A stretch of DNA of 64,000 nucleotides from Alphaproteobacteria bacterium UBA7314 (GTDB lineage: Bacteria > Pseudomonadota > Alphaproteobacteria > MPNO01 > UBA830): assembly GCA_002471575.1 (NCBI GenBank), contig DKQG01000044.1, positions 37,525 through 101,524 of the forward strand, in the 5' to 3' direction. Below the pieces are notes generated by a model. The model made no database searches. It saw only the letters and a program-made list of their open reading frames with translations, and was not told the origin of the DNA. This document shows, piece by piece, positions 30,870 to 40,982 of the stretch (the first letter of the stretch is position 1; each line of letters begins with the position of its first letter). The translations under genes and the position numbers were made by a program.

Positions 30870-31646
30870 ATGCTCGAACTGGCCTGCAACGAATATGGAG
30901 AGGACGGCTCGCCGCTGATCGTGATGCACGGTCTGTTCGGTTCCGCCCGCAACTGGGCGGGGATTGCACGCGCGCTGGCCGAGACCCACCAAGTCTATTC
31001 GCTTGATCTGCGCAATCACGGCGCATCGCCGCGCGCGTCGACGATGACTTACAAGGAAATGGCAGAAGATGTCGCCGGGTTTATCGACCGCACCGGTATT
31101 GAAGCCCCCGTCGTGATGGGCCATTCCATGGGCGGCAAAGTGGCGATGCGCCTAGCGCTCGAACGGCCGGATCTGCTGAAAGGCCTGATAGTGGTCGATA
31201 TCGCACCGGTGACCTACGGCCATGACATGCTGGACTACATCGCCGCGATGCAGATGCTCGATTTATCGGGTGAACAGCGCAGGGGCGAGCTGGAAGAAGA
31301 GCTGCGCGAAGAGGTCGAGGACCCGGGCATCACCACGTTTCTGATGACCAATCTGGAGCGCGCCAATGGCGGCTTTCAGTGGCGCATTAACCTGCAGGCC
31401 ATCACCGCCGGGATGAGCGGTATTTCAGCATTTTCTTATCCTGACGGTGCCGTGTTTGATGGCCCCACCGCCTTTATCGCTGGAGAGCATTCCACCTATA
31501 TACGTGACGATCACCGCGACCGCATTCTCGAATTGTTTCCCAGGGCGCGAACAGTGACGATCAAGGGCGCATCCCACTGGGTGCACGCGGATCAGCCGGA
31601 CGCGTTCTTGAAAACGGTAAACGCGTTTGTGGAGACATCAGAGTAA
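30870..31646 (+). CDS. alpha/beta hydrolase (YbfF-like esterase)
   Basis: Carries HGLFGS and a GHSMGG nucleophile elbow. Confidence 0.75.
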   Translation: MLELACNEYGEDGSPLIVMHGLFGSARNWAGIARALAETHQVYSLDLRNHGASPRASTMTYKEMAEDVAGFIDRTGIEAPVVMGHSMGGKVAMRLALERPDLLKGLIVVDIAPVTYGHDMLDYIAAMQMLDLSGEQRRGELEEELREEVEDPGITTFLMTNLERANGGFQWRINLQAITAGMSGISAFSYPDGAVFDGPTAFIAGEHSTYIRDDHRDRILELFPRARTVTIKGASHWVHADQPDAFLKTVNAFVETSE

Positions 31647-31649
31647 GGT

Positions 31650-33098
31650 TTACACTTCCCGCGGCAGTTTCAGCTCGTCCAGATCTGGCAGGCCGTAGTC
31701 GCCCCAGTTGTCTGCCACGTCGCGCATTTTATCCAGCGGCGGCAGTGATACGGCCGGGTAGTCCCACTTTTTCGTCGCGTCGATCACCATCTTTGTACCG
31801 CTGATGTCGGCCTGGGTCAGGCCCGGTTCGAACGAAGACGGGTCCAGTTCGACGGACGCCGTGTTGGGTATCGTTTTGATGTCCTTGTCGGGGCGCACCC
31901 GCCATGCCATGACCCAGTCGCGCATGAACGGATCATTGATATCGATGTCGTCGTCGCAAATGACGATCCATTTGAAGTAGCTCATCCCGAAATGGCCCAT
32001 GGTGCCGAAAGCGGTCTGGTCAACATGGCCGGAATACATCTTCTTCATGCTGATCCACAGTGTCGCCGTGCCGCCGCCGGCTTCCAGCGCGTGCACGTCG
32101 TGTATGCCAGGCAGGTTGAGGTCTTCGGTCAGATGTTTCTTTAGCCCGGCCTCGAGCAGGGCGCGCTTAATCATCGAGGATTCAGACGGCGGGAATTGGC
32201 TGATCACACCCATCACGATGGGGTCCTTACGATGAGTGATGCAGTTAACCCGGAACACCGGCCCTTCGCGCCCGCCAGCCATGTAGCCGGTGAATTCTCC
32301 AAAAGGGCCCTCGGGTTCGGTGTGATCCATTAGCACCTCGCCCTCGATGATAATTTCGGCATGGGCGGGCACCTCGAGATCCACTGTTTTGCATTTTACC
32401 ATCTCGATGGCTTCGCCGCGGATACCGCCGGCTACTGCCAGTTCGTCAGCGCCGTATCGTGCCGGGGCGACAAGGTACTGGATCGGGTCGCCGCCGATGA
32501 CGATGGCGGCCGGCATATGTTCGCCGCGCTCCTTGTATTTTTTATGATGGATGGCGCCGCCACGATCAGGTGCGCCGAACAGGATGCCGGTGGTGTTTTT
32601 GCTTTTCACCTGGCAGCGGCGGATGCCGATGTTGCGCCGGCCGGTATCGGGGTCCTTGGTAACCCAGAGGGGTGTGAGATAGGGGCCGGCATCTTTTTCT
32701 GGCGTCCAGATAGGCACCGGAAGCTTGGTTAGATCGACGTCGTCACCGCGGAAGATGACCTCTTGGCAGGGGCCGCTGTCTACCAGCACCGGCTCGATCG
32801 GGGCGTTTATGCCGCTGGTGACGCGTTCGTGGATGTTTTCCAAATTCGGCTCGCATCCAAGTGCCGCGGCGATCATCTTGCGCGACGATGCCACAACCCC
32901 GCCGACCACGCGGCCGCCTTTGAAGCCCTTGATGTTGCGAAATCCGATGCCGTAACGACTGTCTTCGTCCATGGCGCGGAAAATCATGCGCAGGACGGCA
33001 CCGATCTCCCAGTCCTTGTCGACCTCCTTGTCGACCCATTTGAACATGCCCTGCTGTTCTAAAACCTGTAGCCAAGGCCGCAAGGATTCGTACGCCAT
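31650..33098 (-). CDS. ubiD: UbiD-family (prFMN-dependent) decarboxylase, possibly 4-hydroxy-3-polyprenylbenzoate decarboxylase
   Basis: UbiD-like throughout (LRPWLQVLEQQG..., EGPFGEFTGYM, GHVDQTAFG..VICDDDID). The start is set at MAYESL. The longer ORF adds an 82-aa extension that does not look like a UbiD N-terminus. Confidence 0.75.
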   Translation of the reverse strand: MAYESLRPWLQVLEQQGMFKWVDKEVDKDWEIGAVLRMIFRAMDEDSRYGIGFRNIKGFKGGRVVGGVVASSRKMIAAALGCEPNLENIHERVTSGINAPIEPVLVDSGPCQEVIFRGDDVDLTKLPVPIWTPEKDAGPYLTPLWVTKDPDTGRRNIGIRRCQVKSKNTTGILFGAPDRGGAIHHKKYKERGEHMPAAIVIGGDPIQYLVAPARYGADELAVAGGIRGEAIEMVKCKTVDLEVPAHAEIIIEGEVLMDHTEPEGPFGEFTGYMAGGREGPVFRVNCITHRKDPIVMGVISQFPPSESSMIKRALLEAGLKKHLTEDLNLPGIHDVHALEAGGGTATLWISMKKMYSGHVDQTAFGTMGHFGMSYFKWIVICDDDIDINDPFMRDWVMAWRVRPDKDIKTIPNTASVELDPSSFEPGLTQADISGTKMVIDATKKWDYPAVSLPPLDKMRDVADNWGDYGLPDLDELKLPREV

Positions 33099-33420
33099 TG
33101 GAAGCTCTCCGTGATTGTTGCGGGGAGTATCGAAAAAAGGCGGCACGCTTACAAGCCAATTGGTGAGAAATTCTCGGCGGGAAGGGGTCTGTAAGCCGAC
33201 GAACACGATCTTTCTAATCATCACTAAAGGTGTCGTTGCGGCGACCGGAAACACCCCTGTTAAACCGGGTGCCGCCGCGATTGCTCTCCAGTTTTTGTGC
33301 CAGAGTCTGGATTTTCTGAGTGTCTGGTAACGATCCCGCGCCATCGCGATAACGTATATGTGCTGAGGTCGCGTCGATTTCGGCCGATCTTCGGGGCGTT
33401 ACATCTCGGGAGAGTAACAT

Positions 33421-34037
33421 TGAGGAAGATTGTTTTTGCTACGTTTGCTGTCCTCGGCATCGCCGCGGGCGCGAAAACGGCATTAGCGCAGGAAACCAGA
33501 GTCGCCACATTTGCGGGAGGCTGTTTCTGGTGCATCGAATCGGATTTCGACCGGGTACCCGGCGTCTTAAAAACCATTTCTGGCTATACCGGCGGACGAA
33601 CCAAGGACCCTACCTATAAGAAAATAGTGCGTGGCGATACGGGTCACCACGAAGCGTTGCAGATCACCTACGACCCGAAAAAAGTTACCTACAAACAGCT
33701 TCTCACTGTGTTCTGGCACTCGATCGATCCGATCGACAGTGGTGGTCAGTTCTGCGACCGGGGCGAGCCTTACGAGACGGCTGTTTTCGTCCACAACGAA
33801 GAACAGCGCAAACAGGCCGAGGCCTCCAAAGCCGCGGCTAAGGAAAAGCTGGGCCAGAAGATCTTCACACCCGTGGAGAGCGCGGCGAAATTCTACCGCG
33901 CCGAGGAACACCATCAAGATTATCACAACAAGAGTCCGCTTCGTTACAAATACTATCGCTGGAATTGCGGCCGGAACCAGCGGGTGAGGGAACTCTGGGG
34001 CGGGGACGCCTATAAGGGCATCCCCGAAAAAGGTTAG
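33421..34037 (+). CDS. msrA: peptide-methionine (S)-S-oxide reductase, secreted
   Basis: Carries a GGCFWC active site. The start is proposed at a TTG and gives a signal peptide (LRKIVFATFAVLGIAAGAKTALA). Confidence 0.8.
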
Positions 34038-34480
34038 GCCCTTTCGCCCAGCTCGATCATGTAGCCGTCAGGATCGCCGACGAAAGCGATGGTCGATGCG
34101 TTCGGCCCGCCGTGTTTGAGCGGCCCGGCCGGGCGCGGTATATCCACGCCCTCGGCTTCCAGCTTGTCGCATAATGAATATAGATCGGGCACGCCGATGG
34201 CGATGTGGCCGAAGCCATCGCCCTTGTCGTAATCGTCGTGCTGGCCCCAGTTGTAGGTCAACTCGATCGCCGGGTGGGTATTTTCATCGTCGTAGCCGAC
34301 GAACGCGACTGAATATTTTCCGCCCTCGTTGTCCATCCGCCGGAACAGTTTCATACCGAACAGCCGGGTATAGAAATCGATGGATTTTTCTAAATCCTTC
34401 ACCCGGAGCATGGTGTGCCGGATCCGCTGTTTAGTATTCTTGACGACCTTCCACGAGCCGCCAGGCGGCTGATCGTTCAT
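34034..34480 (-). CDS. gloA: lactoylglutathione lyase (glyoxalase I)
   Basis: Has the VOC fold, with HTMLRVKDLEKSIDFY and GFGHIAIGV. Confidence 0.8.
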   Translation of the reverse strand: MNDQPPGGSWKVVKNTKQRIRHTMLRVKDLEKSIDFYTRLFGMKLFRRMDNEGGKYSVAFVGYDDENTHPAIELTYNWGQHDDYDKGDGFGHIAIGVPDLYSLCDKLEAEGVDIPRPAGPLKHGGPNASTIAFVGDPDGYMIELGERA

Positions 34481-35394
34481 GATTTTCCTCCATCGCATTT
34501 GTTGTCTGCCGACATCCGGGCGTTCCGCCCTTCACGATAGCTGACATAATAGGTGCTGGTGCAGATTACCGCCGCCCCCGCCCAGGTCCAGAGATCCGTC
34601 GACTGGGCAAAGATCAGCCAACCGAAAAGCGCGATCAGCGGTAGCTGCACGTAGTTGACGATCACGACGAGACTGGCCGGCGCCGCCCGGAACGCGCGGG
34701 TCTGGCACTGTTGCGCCCCGACAGTGCACACGCCTAGCGCGATCAGCAGGGGGATATCGCTGAGGCCGGGATTGGTCCAGCCGAACATCGCGCCGATAGC
34801 CGCCGGGGGGATCATCAACGTATAGAGATAGAACACCATCGCATTGGGGTTTTCGGTTGCCGTAAGCATTTTGCTGCCGATCAGCGCGCCCGAAAACATG
34901 GCGGCCGCGAACAGTGTTGCCAGTGCGGCCATAGAAATCTCGATCATGCCCGGCCGAAGAATAATCAATGCGCCGGCGAAACCGACGATGGTCGCACTGA
35001 TCCGGTGAATGCCGGGACGCTCTGCCAACCAGATCGCCGCCAGAATCACCGTGAACAGGGGCATCGTGAACATCAGCGCGTTGGCATCTGCTATCGGCAT
35101 CCCCGCGATGCCGTACATCCACGCCACCGCGCCTACATAACTGAACAGCATGCGCCACAGGTAAGTGGGTATCCGGCGCGTATAAAGTGCGCCGAGACCA
35201 GCCGTGAACAGCCACGGCAGCATGAAAGCCGATCCCAGAACGGCGCGAAAAAAAACGATCTGGTTGACGGCGAAACTTTCGGCGAGGCCGCGGACGACCA
35301 CGTAGATCAGGGCATAGAACAGGCTGGACAGCATCATCCACAACACACCCCGGACTGAGCCAGGCAGGTGGCCAAGCTTTGCGTATGAATTCAT
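34477..35394 (-). CDS. DMT-superfamily (EamA-type) transporter
   Basis: About 10 TM helices with duplicated EamA domains. Its stop overlaps the gloA start. Confidence 0.75.
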   Translation of the reverse strand: MNSYAKLGHLPGSVRGVLWMMLSSLFYALIYVVVRGLAESFAVNQIVFFRAVLGSAFMLPWLFTAGLGALYTRRIPTYLWRMLFSYVGAVAWMYGIAGMPIADANALMFTMPLFTVILAAIWLAERPGIHRISATIVGFAGALIILRPGMIEISMAALATLFAAAMFSGALIGSKMLTATENPNAMVFYLYTLMIPPAAIGAMFGWTNPGLSDIPLLIALGVCTVGAQQCQTRAFRAAPASLVVIVNYVQLPLIALFGWLIFAQSTDLWTWAGAAVICTSTYYVSYREGRNARMSADNKCDGGKS

Positions 35395-35701
35395 ACAGTC
35401 CTGATTTTCCCGCAATCAGAAGGTCTTCAATAGACCTTCCGGAAATCCTGTTAGCGTAGCGCCCGCAAAGACATAAAGACGTCATAACTGCTGGGCGATG
35501 AAACGTTTAAATCAACTGCCAGGACACATGACAGCCGACCGGCCGCGCAGGCGAAATACATCATACAGACACGGCGCAAGGGCCAACCACAAATAATAAT
35601 AATGGGAGGAATCCCGATCAGCCGCACACCGCTGAAGAATTCTTCGGAGTTCGTTCAAGTGGGGCGGCCGAACCTCCGGGGTACGTCTTCTTGGCTGACA
35701 T

Positions 35702-36547
35702 TTAAGCGCTCAGTTTCTGGCCTGAAATCGTGTAACGCCGCAGCATGCGGGTCTGGTCCCGAGGGAAATCGGTGCGAGCGTGCATGGTGCACCAGTTATC
35801 CCACATCATCAGGTCGCCACGGCGCCATTTGTGTCTGTATATCACGTCGGCGGATTTTACGTGGGCGTTCAGCGCGTCAATAATGTCGCGGCTCTCTCCT
35901 TCGCTGTAGCCGTCGATCAATGCCGACATCAGTTCGTTGACGTAAAGCGCGCGCCGGCCGGATTTTGGGTGGGTGATGACGATGGGCTGCCAGTGATGAT
36001 CGTACTTGTCGATGTCATCGGTCAGGTCGACGCGTTCTGTCGGCAGATATTTGTATATATGCAGTACCTTGCGGCCGTCGATCTTTGTCTTAAGGTCGTC
36101 AGGTAAGGTGTTCCAGGCATCGTACATGTTTGCGAATAGTGTGTGTCCGCCCACGCGGGTGACCTCCATCGCGTAGAGCATTGTACCCCAGTCGGGTTCC
36201 GCCGCGTAGCACTTGTCGTGGTGAAAGAACATCTCGCCGTCCGGTAGGGAGCCGATCGGCACGCCGTTCCTGCGCACGTTGGTGACCAGCATGATGTTGT
36301 CAGCATCGTGGCCCTCCGGGCGCTCCTCCGCCTTGCGCAGCCGGCCGCCAAGCTCGCCGAACTGCTCGCAGAACGCGCGCTGCGTCTCGGGTGTCAGGTC
36401 CTGGTCGCGAAACAGCAGGACCAGGTGATCGATCCATGCCTGGATCAGCGCTTTGCGGGTGTGAGGGGAAAGCGGCTTAGACAGATCTATCCCCTGCACC
36501 TCGGCGCCGAGGGAATCGTGCAGTTTGTGAAGTGTGAACTCAGCCAT
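35702..36547 (-). CDS. TauD/TfdA-family Fe(II)/2-oxoglutarate dioxygenase
   Basis: 281 aa with the HxD...H pattern of the TauD family (FHHDKCY...; WDNWCTMHAR). Confidence 0.8.
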   Translation of the reverse strand: MAEFTLHKLHDSLGAEVQGIDLSKPLSPHTRKALIQAWIDHLVLLFRDQDLTPETQRAFCEQFGELGGRLRKAEERPEGHDADNIMLVTNVRRNGVPIGSLPDGEMFFHHDKCYAAEPDWGTMLYAMEVTRVGGHTLFANMYDAWNTLPDDLKTKIDGRKVLHIYKYLPTERVDLTDDIDKYDHHWQPIVITHPKSGRRALYVNELMSALIDGYSEGESRDIIDALNAHVKSADVIYRHKWRRGDLMMWDNWCTMHARTDFPRDQTRMLRRYTISGQKLSA

Positions 36548-36598
36548 TCGCCATCTTATGGCTGAGCGAGAGCCATGGTCAATTAATTGGAGCCACTC

Positions 36599-37285
36599 CT
36601 ATTGAATCTCTTCCTCCGCGGGAATGTCCGCCTGGATCGGATTGACGCCGATGATTACCTGATTGAGGTAATCTTCCAGTTGCTCGGTCATCTCTTCGAC
36701 TTTGGTGTTGAAGAAATGGTCGGCGCCTTCGACGATCCGGTAATCGATAGTGATTTCTCGCTGATGCGCCAGCTTCTCGGCCAGCGCGCCTACAGATTCA
36801 ACGGGCACGACCTTGTCGTCACCGCCGTGCAGGAACAGCCCAGAAGACGGGCAGGGGGCCAGGAACGAGAAATCATACAGGCTGGCGGGCGGCGCAACCG
36901 AGATAAACCCAGTAATTTCTGGCCGCCGCATCAGCAGCTGCATGCCGATCCAGGCACCGAACGAGAACCCACCGATCCAGCATTGGGGGGCGTCCGGGTT
37001 AGCCGATTGCAGCCAGTCGAGCGCGGCGGCGGCATCAGACAACTCGCCGATGCCTTCGTCGTACACGCCTTGGGACCGCCCGACGCCGCGGAAATTGAAC
37101 CGCAGCACGGAAAAGCCACGTCGCAAGAAACAATGATACATCTGGTAGATGACCCGGTTGTTCATCGATCCGCCGTATTGCGGATGGGGATGAAGCATCA
37201 GGGCAATTGAAGGGTTTTCCTGCTTGCTGTGGTGGTAGCGGCCTTCCAGCCGGCCTTCAGGTCCGTTGAATATAATTTCCGGCAT
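36599..37285 (-). CDS. alpha/beta hydrolase
   Basis: The start is set at MPEIIF. Has a GFSFGA nucleophile-elbow-like motif. The longer ORF's 65-aa N-terminal extension looks spurious. Confidence 0.65.
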   Translation of the reverse strand: MPEIIFNGPEGRLEGRYHHSKQENPSIALMLHPHPQYGGSMNNRVIYQMYHCFLRRGFSVLRFNFRGVGRSQGVYDEGIGELSDAAAALDWLQSANPDAPQCWIGGFSFGAWIGMQLLMRRPEITGFISVAPPASLYDFSFLAPCPSSGLFLHGGDDKVVPVESVGALAEKLAHQREITIDYRIVEGADHFFNTKVEEMTEQLEDYLNQVIIGVNPIQADIPAEEEIQ

Positions 37286-37544
37286 CGGGGCTTCCCTATC
37301 GGTTCCGCGTCGCGCCCTGTTCTCCACCCGCCGAGGTGGTTTAAGGTGCTGGTTGACTAACCCTTTCCGGGACGTAAATTCCCATGCGATGAGCATTGTG
37401 GCGCCGTCGCTGCGGGAGTTTTTGAACCGTTCAGGTTTTGAGCCGGCGGAATATAGCACAATCGCGGGTAGAGATTTCAAGCATCGCGGACATGCAGGAG
37501 GAGGCGGTCCCGATAATACGTTAAACGGCAGAATTGAGACGTTT

Positions 37545-38663
37545 ATGGATCAACGCATTTACCTGGATTACAACGCGACGGCGAAAATTCGGCCCGAGGT
37601 CATCGATGCGCTTGCAAGCGCAATGGCGACGGTTGGGAACGCGTCGTCGGTTCACGGCGCCGGGCGCGACGCGCGTCAATCAGTGGAAAAAGCGCGCAGG
37701 CTAGTCGCGATGCTGGTGGGGGCAGCGCCCAACCAGGTGGTGTTCACCAGCGGCGGTACCGAGGCCGACAACCAGGTCATGCGGCCGTGCGACCCGACGC
37801 GAACTTTCGTCAGCGCTATTGAACATCCCGCGGTGCTCGATTCCTGTCCCGGTGCCAACCTTGTACTCGTCGACGAGCAGGGTGTGATCGATTTGGCGGC
37901 GCTGGATGCCGCATTGGCCGCTGCTGACGACCCGCAGATGGTAGCGCTGATGCTGGCGAACAACGAAACCGGTGTTCTGCAGCCGGTGGTCGAAGCCGCC
38001 GAGATCGCACACCGGTATGGTGCATCGTTCCATTGCGACGCCGTGCAGGCGGTGGGCAAGGTCCCCGTGGATTTCGATGCATTGGGGGTGGATACGCTGG
38101 CGCTGACCGGGCACAAGTTTGGGGGGCCCCAGGGCATCGGCGCACTAGTTGTACGCACGCCGGACAGTGCCAATTGTTTTATGCGTGGCGGTGGCCAAGA
38201 GAGGGGATTGCGCGGCGGTACCGAGAGCGTCCCCCATATCGTCGCTCTGGGACGGGCCGCCGAGGTCGCGGTCGAACGTATGGACGGCTACGCTGCCCTG
38301 GCCGATCTGCGCGACCGGATGGAGGCGCGCCTTATTCAGGCGACGCCGGGGATGCGGGTTTTCGGCGGTGATGCGCAGCGCCTGCCCAACACGTCTAAGC
38401 TGATGATGCCGGGGGTCAGCTCCGAAACGCAGGTGATGTCGTTTGATCTTGCCGGGATCGACGTCAGTGCTGGCTCGGCCTGTTCGGCCGGCAGGATCGA
38501 ACCACCCTACGTGCTAACGGCCATGGGTGTCAGCGACGCCGATGCTCTGTGCGCTCTTCGCGTCAGCCTCGGATGGGATACGACCGACGACGATATCGAC
38601 CGATTTATCGCCGAATGGGGCAGAATTTTCGAACGCGCTGGCAAAACGCGGGCTGCAGGGTAA
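37545..38663 (+). CDS. cysteine desulfurase (NifS/IscS-like, class V aminotransferase)
   Basis: Carries a PLP-lysine motif (TGHKFGGPQGIGALVV) and a catalytic Cys loop (SAGSACSAGRIEPPYVLTAMG). The start is set at MDQRIYLDYNAT. Confidence 0.8.
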   Translation: MDQRIYLDYNATAKIRPEVIDALASAMATVGNASSVHGAGRDARQSVEKARRLVAMLVGAAPNQVVFTSGGTEADNQVMRPCDPTRTFVSAIEHPAVLDSCPGANLVLVDEQGVIDLAALDAALAAADDPQMVALMLANNETGVLQPVVEAAEIAHRYGASFHCDAVQAVGKVPVDFDALGVDTLALTGHKFGGPQGIGALVVRTPDSANCFMRGGGQERGLRGGTESVPHIVALGRAAEVAVERMDGYAALADLRDRMEARLIQATPGMRVFGGDAQRLPNTSKLMMPGVSSETQVMSFDLAGIDVSAGSACSAGRIEPPYVLTAMGVSDADALCALRVSLGWDTTDDDIDRFIAEWGRIFERAGKTRAAG

Positions 38664-38667
38664 CGCG

Positions 38668-38994
38668 ATGCCGAGGATCGTTTTCAAGACGACAGGCGGT
38701 GTCGAAACGCCGGTCGAGACGACTTCCGGCACAACCGTGCTGCAGGCCGCGTGGGATAACAATATCGACATCGAAGGCGCCTGCGAGGGCGTGATGGCTT
38801 GCTCGACATGTCACGTCATCGTGGCGGAAGATTATTGCGCCAAGCTGGACGACCCCTCTAACGAGGAAGAAGACCTGCTCGATCTCGCTTGGGGGGTGCG
38901 CCCGACGTCGCGGCTCGGGTGCCAGATTGTCGTGACCGATGACCTAGACGGCATGGAGCTGTTGCTGCCGGCGTCAACCAACAATCAGATATAG
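38668..38994 (+). CDS. fdx: 2Fe-2S ferredoxin, adrenodoxin-type
   Basis: Has the Cys pattern CEGVMACSTCH...C typical of alphaproteobacterial FdxB and mitochondrial adrenodoxin. Confidence 0.8.
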   Translation: MPRIVFKTTGGVETPVETTSGTTVLQAAWDNNIDIEGACEGVMACSTCHVIVAEDYCAKLDDPSNEEEDLLDLAWGVRPTSRLGCQIVVTDDLDGMELLLPASTNNQI

Positions 38995-39010
38995 TTCTGG
39001 AGCCGTCCGA

Positions 39011-39685
39011 ATGAATAACGGTAACGAATCTCTATTTACCCGTCTCAAAGGTGCCTGCGACGACGATTGGAAGAAGTATAAGGGACATGCCTTCGTGCGC
39101 CAGCTTGCGGCAGGGACCTTACCGGAGAGGTGTTTCCGTCACTATCTAATCCAAGATTACCTGTTTCTGATCCACTTTGCTCGCGCTTGGGCGCTGGCGG
39201 CCTTCAAGGCCGATGACCTTTTGGAAATCCGCGGCGCAACCGCTGCATTGTCGGGGATTGTGGATGTCGAGATGGACCTGCACGTTAGGTTCTGCGCCGA
39301 CTGGGGGCTGACCGAAGCCGAGTTGGCGTCCGCTCCGGAGGCGATGGAGACTACGGCCTATACCCGTTACGTATTCGAACGCGGTATGGCGGGCGATTTG
39401 CTGGATCTGCATGTGGCGCTGGCGCCCTGCATCGTTGGTTACGGAGAAATCGGTGTGACCCTGTCGTCCGACCGGGAAACGGTGATGGAGGGGAATCCGT
39501 ATCGATCTTGGATCGAGGTGTATGCCGGTGACGAATATCAGGATATCGCCAAGGGTGCAGTCGCGCAGCTAGACCGGTTGGCCGAGGCGAAAGGGGGCGA
39601 TGCGCGTTTCCAAGATCTGGCGGCGACCTTCGCGCAGGCGACGCGTCTGGAAGAGGCCTTCTGGCAGATGGGTCTCGATGCCTGA
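39011..39685 (+). CDS. tenA: TenA-family thiaminase II / aminopyrimidine aminohydrolase
   Basis: Has a TenA/PqqC-like helical pattern (HYLIQDYLFLIHFARAW) and a catalytic-Cys-containing LAPCIVGY. Confidence 0.7.
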   Translation: MNNGNESLFTRLKGACDDDWKKYKGHAFVRQLAAGTLPERCFRHYLIQDYLFLIHFARAWALAAFKADDLLEIRGATAALSGIVDVEMDLHVRFCADWGLTEAELASAPEAMETTAYTRYVFERGMAGDLLDLHVALAPCIVGYGEIGVTLSSDRETVMEGNPYRSWIEVYAGDEYQDIAKGAVAQLDRLAEAKGGDARFQDLAATFAQATRLEEAFWQMGLDA

Positions 39686-39689
39686 CTCT

Positions 39690-40892
39690 TCAGGCGCTTC
39701 GTTCCCGCGTCAGATAGGGAATGACGCCCACGACCATTGTACAAACCGTGAAAAGGGACACCACGATGACCATCGGATAGGGCGTTCCGTCTGCGACAAA
39801 CCCGTATATCTGGGTTGCGACCCCGGCGGCGAACAGCTGAATAAACACTCCGATTCCCGCCGCCGTACCGGCCAGCGGACCGGCAACATTGATCGCGCCG
39901 GACTGGGCGCTCGGCAACGCAATCCCCTGCGACATGATGGCGAAATACCCCGGCAGGAAAATCGTCAGTGGGGTGACGATGCCCGCAACGATAAACCCGA
40001 CCTGCGTGAACGCACCAATTGCCATCACCAGGCTGCCGACAAGTACCATTGTCTCGGTCCGCACCCTCCCGGCGAGGCGGCTTGAAATCAGAGAGCCCGT
40101 CAGGAAACCGGCTGGAAAGCAGACGAAGTACATCCCGTACTCCGATGCTGGGCGACCCAGATAATCGATCATAAGGAACGAGCTTGCCGCTGCCATTGTG
40201 AAGAAAACGGAGGAGGTGAACCCTGACTGCAGGACATAGGCATTGAAACGCAGATTGCGGAGCAGCGTGCCGTAACCCCGGAACAGGCCGGATTGGGCAC
40301 TCGAACCCATGCGCTCCGTATGGGTTTCGAACATTACTAACCAACAGACGATGCCGATAAGCACGCCGAAACCGGCCGCCGACAAAAGGATGCTACGCCA
40401 TCCACCAATTTCGACTAGCGCGCCGCCGATCGGTCCCGAAATCATCGGCCCGATCGCGTAGGCCATTGTCAGGTATGACAGAACTTTCATCAGCCGGTCA
40501 GCGCCGAAGACGTCTCGGGCGATTGTCCGGGCCAAGCCGAGCCCGCCGCCGCCTCCCGCGGATTGCAGGATGCGCCCGGCAATCAGAAGCCAGATATTGT
40601 CCGCCATGGCCGACAGGACCGATCCAGTCACGAACAGGGCTATCGATCCCAGCAGGACTGGGCGACGGCCGAACCGGTCGGACAACGATCCGTATACCAG
40701 CGACGCGAAGGCCATGACGAATAGCGGCACGCTGACGGTCAGGTTGGCGATCGTCTCCGTCGTGATGAATTCCGCCTTCACAAACGGCAGGGCCGGAAAG
40801 AACAGGTGTAGCGACAACGGCAGAAATGCGGTGATTGTTGCTAGGACGATCATAAAAACGGGGCCAGTTTTCGGGTGCGGTGGCGTCGTCAT
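39690..40892 (-). CDS. MFS transporter (Bcr/CflA-like)
   Basis: 12 predicted TM helices and a GSLSDRFGRRP MFS signature. Confidence 0.8.
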   Translation of the reverse strand: MTTPPHPKTGPVFMIVLATITAFLPLSLHLFFPALPFVKAEFITTETIANLTVSVPLFVMAFASLVYGSLSDRFGRRPVLLGSIALFVTGSVLSAMADNIWLLIAGRILQSAGGGGGLGLARTIARDVFGADRLMKVLSYLTMAYAIGPMISGPIGGALVEIGGWRSILLSAAGFGVLIGIVCWLVMFETHTERMGSSAQSGLFRGYGTLLRNLRFNAYVLQSGFTSSVFFTMAAASSFLMIDYLGRPASEYGMYFVCFPAGFLTGSLISSRLAGRVRTETMVLVGSLVMAIGAFTQVGFIVAGIVTPLTIFLPGYFAIMSQGIALPSAQSGAINVAGPLAGTAAGIGVFIQLFAAGVATQIYGFVADGTPYPMVIVVSLFTVCTMVVGVIPYLTRERSA

Positions 40893-40982
40893 CGGGTTAT
40901 CGCTCTCGGAATGCGTGCAGCTGGTCGTCGACCGGGTGCTGGATTATTGATGGCTCGATGGTCTTATACAGGAATTTTACCG

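Noticed and set aside
37286-37544. Possible TPP (THI-box) riboswitch in the 260-nt leader of the nifS-fdx-tenA operon (GGTGC...ACCCTTT...GATAATAC fragments)
   Set aside because: Only scattered partial matches are present. The conserved CUGAGA core and the ACCUGAUCUGGAUAAUGCCAGCG helix are absent, so the resemblance is not convincing without a covariance-model (Rfam RF00059) scan.
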